DNA from: Pelagomonas calceolata
Lineage: Eukaryota
DNA: 64,000 nt
Reading direction: 5' to 3'
Assembly: GCA_918797485.1 (NCBI GenBank)
Contig: CAKKNE010000006.1
Span: 1,364,001 to 1,428,000 of the forward strand
Shown: positions 62,059 through 64,000 of the stretch, piece by piece
How the letters are laid out: every line of letters starts with the position of its first letter
Position numbering within the stretch: position 1 is the stretch's first letter
Program-made: the position numbers and the translations under genes
The notes under the pieces: model-generated
Told to the model about the DNA's origin: nothing
What the model saw: only the letters and a program-made list of their open reading frames with translations
Databases searched by the model: none

Positions 62059-64000
62059 ATGCCAACACCACTACTCCTCCTCGCCCTGCAAGCCGCGGCC
62101 CTGCTCGCGCCACTGCCGACGCGCAGGATAACGCGCTTGCAAGCCGCGAGCACGCGCCGCCGAGGCCTGCACCGGTCGCCGGATTTAGAGCAGGACGGCT
62201 ATTTAGGAGTTGGAGACGGCCACGAGATCTACTATCAGGTAAAGACGCTCAAAAAGAAGTTTGGAGAACCGTTACCCACAGCGCTCTGGCTCCACGGCGG
62301 CCCCGGCGCGGGCTGCTATCCGAACCACGCCCGCTTCTTCGACCCCGAGAAGTGGAGAGTAGTGTTGTTGGATCAAAGAGGCTGCGGCAAGTCGAAATAC
62401 ACCGGAGAGTGCTGGGATGCTAATGACACGCCGCGCTTAGTCCATGATCTCGAGTTACTGCGGGCGCACCTCAACGTCACGACATGGGACTGCGTCCAGG
62501 GCGGCTCCTGGGGCTCGACGCTCGCCTTAGCCTATGCCCAGTCCCACCCTTCTTCAGTGAGATCCCTCGTGCTGCGGGGCGTGTGTTTGATGCGACCCCT
62601 CGAGATCGACTGGTTATTTTCACCGAACGGCGGCGCCGCGTCGTTGGCTCCGAAAGGTTTCGAAGCGTTTCGGAAGCACGTTTCACTAGAAGAGGGCTGC
62701 GATGAGAGAGCCGTGCTGCACGCCTACTACGAGCGGTTTGCAGATCCGAAGACGCGGGACGCCGCAGCAAGAGCGTGGGCTAGCTGGGAGGGCGCCGCGT
62801 CGTCGATCTCGCGACGGAGCGGCGTCGCCACCTTCTCTAAAGGGGAGTGGGCTTTTGAACATTCACCAGAGTATCAGGAGTACATGGCGAATAGAACGCG
62901 CGACAAGGTCGCTTCACTAGCGAATCGGACGCAGTCGGAGGACTACTTCAACGGGACGACCGTGCCCGAGCTAGGGTCGACCGTCGATAAAGCGCTCCCA
63001 AAGCCAAAACGCCAGCCGGCCCAACAAATGCTCACGTGTGCGTATTCCGTGAAGAACGGCTTCCTGCATGAGGACTCGATACTCGGTTCGATCGACAAGA
63101 TAAGGGACATCCCCTGCATCGCGGTCCAGGGTTCAAATGATCCGATCTGCCCGCCGCGGACGGCGTATGATCTCCATAAGGCCTGGCCGGAGATGGAACT
63201 GGTGCTCGTGGCGGGCGGCGGCCACTCGCAGTACGACCCGGACGTGCAGCACGAACTGTTGGAGGCCACCGATAGGATGCACGGGAGGCTCGCCCCGCCG
63301 GCGCCGACGCCAAAGCGCGGCGGAGGACGCCCGTCGACGCGACTCTACGCGACGGCCCGCGACGACGACTTCTCAGCTCTGACGGCGACGAAAACGCGGT
63401 TCGTCCTCGTGCAGACGCGCCATCCGGGAAACGTCGGGGCGGCGGCGAGGGCGCTCTTGACGATGGGCTTCGACGAACTGGTTTTGGTTGACCCCGCGGA
63501 CCGCAAGATCCTAAATAGGCAGAAGGCTATTGATGGAGCGAGCGGCGCCCGCGGCATCCTAGAGAAGGCAAAAATCGAAGACAGCCTCGCCGCCGCTCTC
63601 GAAGGTTTTGATTTGCGTTGCGCGACCGGCATGCCAACGGACATGGCCCGGTCCCGCTCGACACGAGTCTTCCGCGAGCCCCGAGAATACTTCCAAGAGA
63701 TTGGCGAAGTCGGCTCCGTCGCGTTCGTCTTCGGCAACGAGCGCCTGGGCTTGGCCGAGGAGGACATGGCGCTCTGCGACGTCGTCCTAGGGATCCCGAC
63801 GAACCCCGACTTCGGGTCGCTCAACCTGGCGTCGGCCGTCCAGCTCGTCGCCTACGACTGGCGGCAGGCGCTGGGCGGGTTTCCCTCGCGACAGCGCGGC
63901 GGAGGACGCCCGTCGACGCGCCTCTACGCGTCACCTATTGACGATGACCCCGCCGCGCCCGAAGACCTCGAGACGCGAGCGCCGGCTCCGCCCGACACCA
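62059..64000 (+). CDS. Partial multi-domain protein: plastid-type presequence + proline iminopeptidase (S33) + TrmJ/SpoU RNA methyltransferase + start of a further segment
   Basis: Manual translation shows no stop from 62059 to 64000 (absent from the ORF track). PIP motifs: LHGGPG, DQRGCGKS, GGSWGSTL, QGSNDPICP, GGGHS. SpoU motifs: RFVLVQTRHPGNVGAAARAL, FVFGNERLGL, IPTNPDFGSLNLASAVQ. Confidence 0.9.
   Translation, partial: MPTPLLLLALQAAALLAPLPTRRITRLQAASTRRRGLHRSPDLEQDGYLGVGDGHEIYYQVKTLKKKFGEPLPTALWLHGGPGAGCYPNHARFFDPEKWRVVLLDQRGCGKSKYTGECWDANDTPRLVHDLELLRAHLNVTTWDCVQGGSWGSTLALAYAQSHPSSVRSLVLRGVCLMRPLEIDWLFSPNGGAASLAPKGFEAFRKHVSLEEGCDERAVLHAYYERFADPKTRDAAARAWASWEGAASSISRRSGVATFSKGEWAFEHSPEYQEYMANRTRDKVASLANRTQSEDYFNGTTVPELGSTVDKALPKPKRQPAQQMLTCAYSVKNGFLHEDSILGSIDKIRDIPCIAVQGSNDPICPPRTAYDLHKAWPEMELVLVAGGGHSQYDPDVQHELLEATDRMHGRLAPPAPTPKRGGGRPSTRLYATARDDDFSALTATKTRFVLVQTRHPGNVGAAARALLTMGFDELVLVDPADRKILNRQKAIDGASGARGILEKAKIEDSLAAALEGFDLRCATGMPTDMARSRSTRVFREPREYFQEIGEVGSVAFVFGNERLGLAEEDMALCDVVLGIPTNPDFGSLNLASAVQLVAYDWRQALGGFPSRQRGGGRPSTRLYASPIDDDPAAPEDLETRAPAPPDT
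63314..63930 (+). repeat. 38-bp direct repeat (63314-63351, 63893-63930) encoding the RGGGRPSTRLYA linker
   Basis: 37/38 identity. The single difference is synonymous (CGA/CGC, Arg). Confidence 0.92.

Noticed and set aside
1..64000. Autonomous transposase or reverse transcriptase for the introners; viral or prokaryotic defence genes
   Set aside because: No ORF with recognisable DDE, RT, Rep/helicase, capsid or Cas motifs.

Overview
Gene-dense, GC-rich eukaryotic nuclear DNA. It is inferred to come from a pelagophyte-type stramenopile alga (Pelagomonas/Aureococcus-like), based on bipartite plastid presequences, Psb27, short intergenic regions and introner-like introns. About 39 coding loci or fragments are supportable. 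These include a Trithorax/MLL-like SET protein, Psb27, Obg, a cyclin, FKBP, MRS2, POLA2, NOC3-like, RPS3, WDR61-like, a GH81 glucanase and deoxyhypusine synthase. Two long frames running off the window ends are missing from the ORF track. Main highlights: (1) an open frame from 62059 to the window end encodes a plastid-type presequence, a proline iminopeptidase, a TrmJ/SpoU methyltransferase and a further segment, separated by an identical 12-aa linker RGGGRPSTRLYA, making it a candidate hetero-polyprotein. (2) A ~21-22 bp motif CTAGTGTCTTACAnGCCGCTAG recurs almost only in upstream or divergent intergenic regions. (3) A family of introner elements (spliceosomal introns with terminal inverted repeats and 8-bp target-site duplications) is present at different stages of decay, with non-intronic relics. 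(4) Three genes encode LOTUS/SAM/hnRNP-Q-acidic-domain-like proteins. (5) Several orphan gene fragments and one frameshifted gene are present. No rRNA, tRNA or CRISPR array was recognised. All family calls come from motif recognition by eye, not from database searches.
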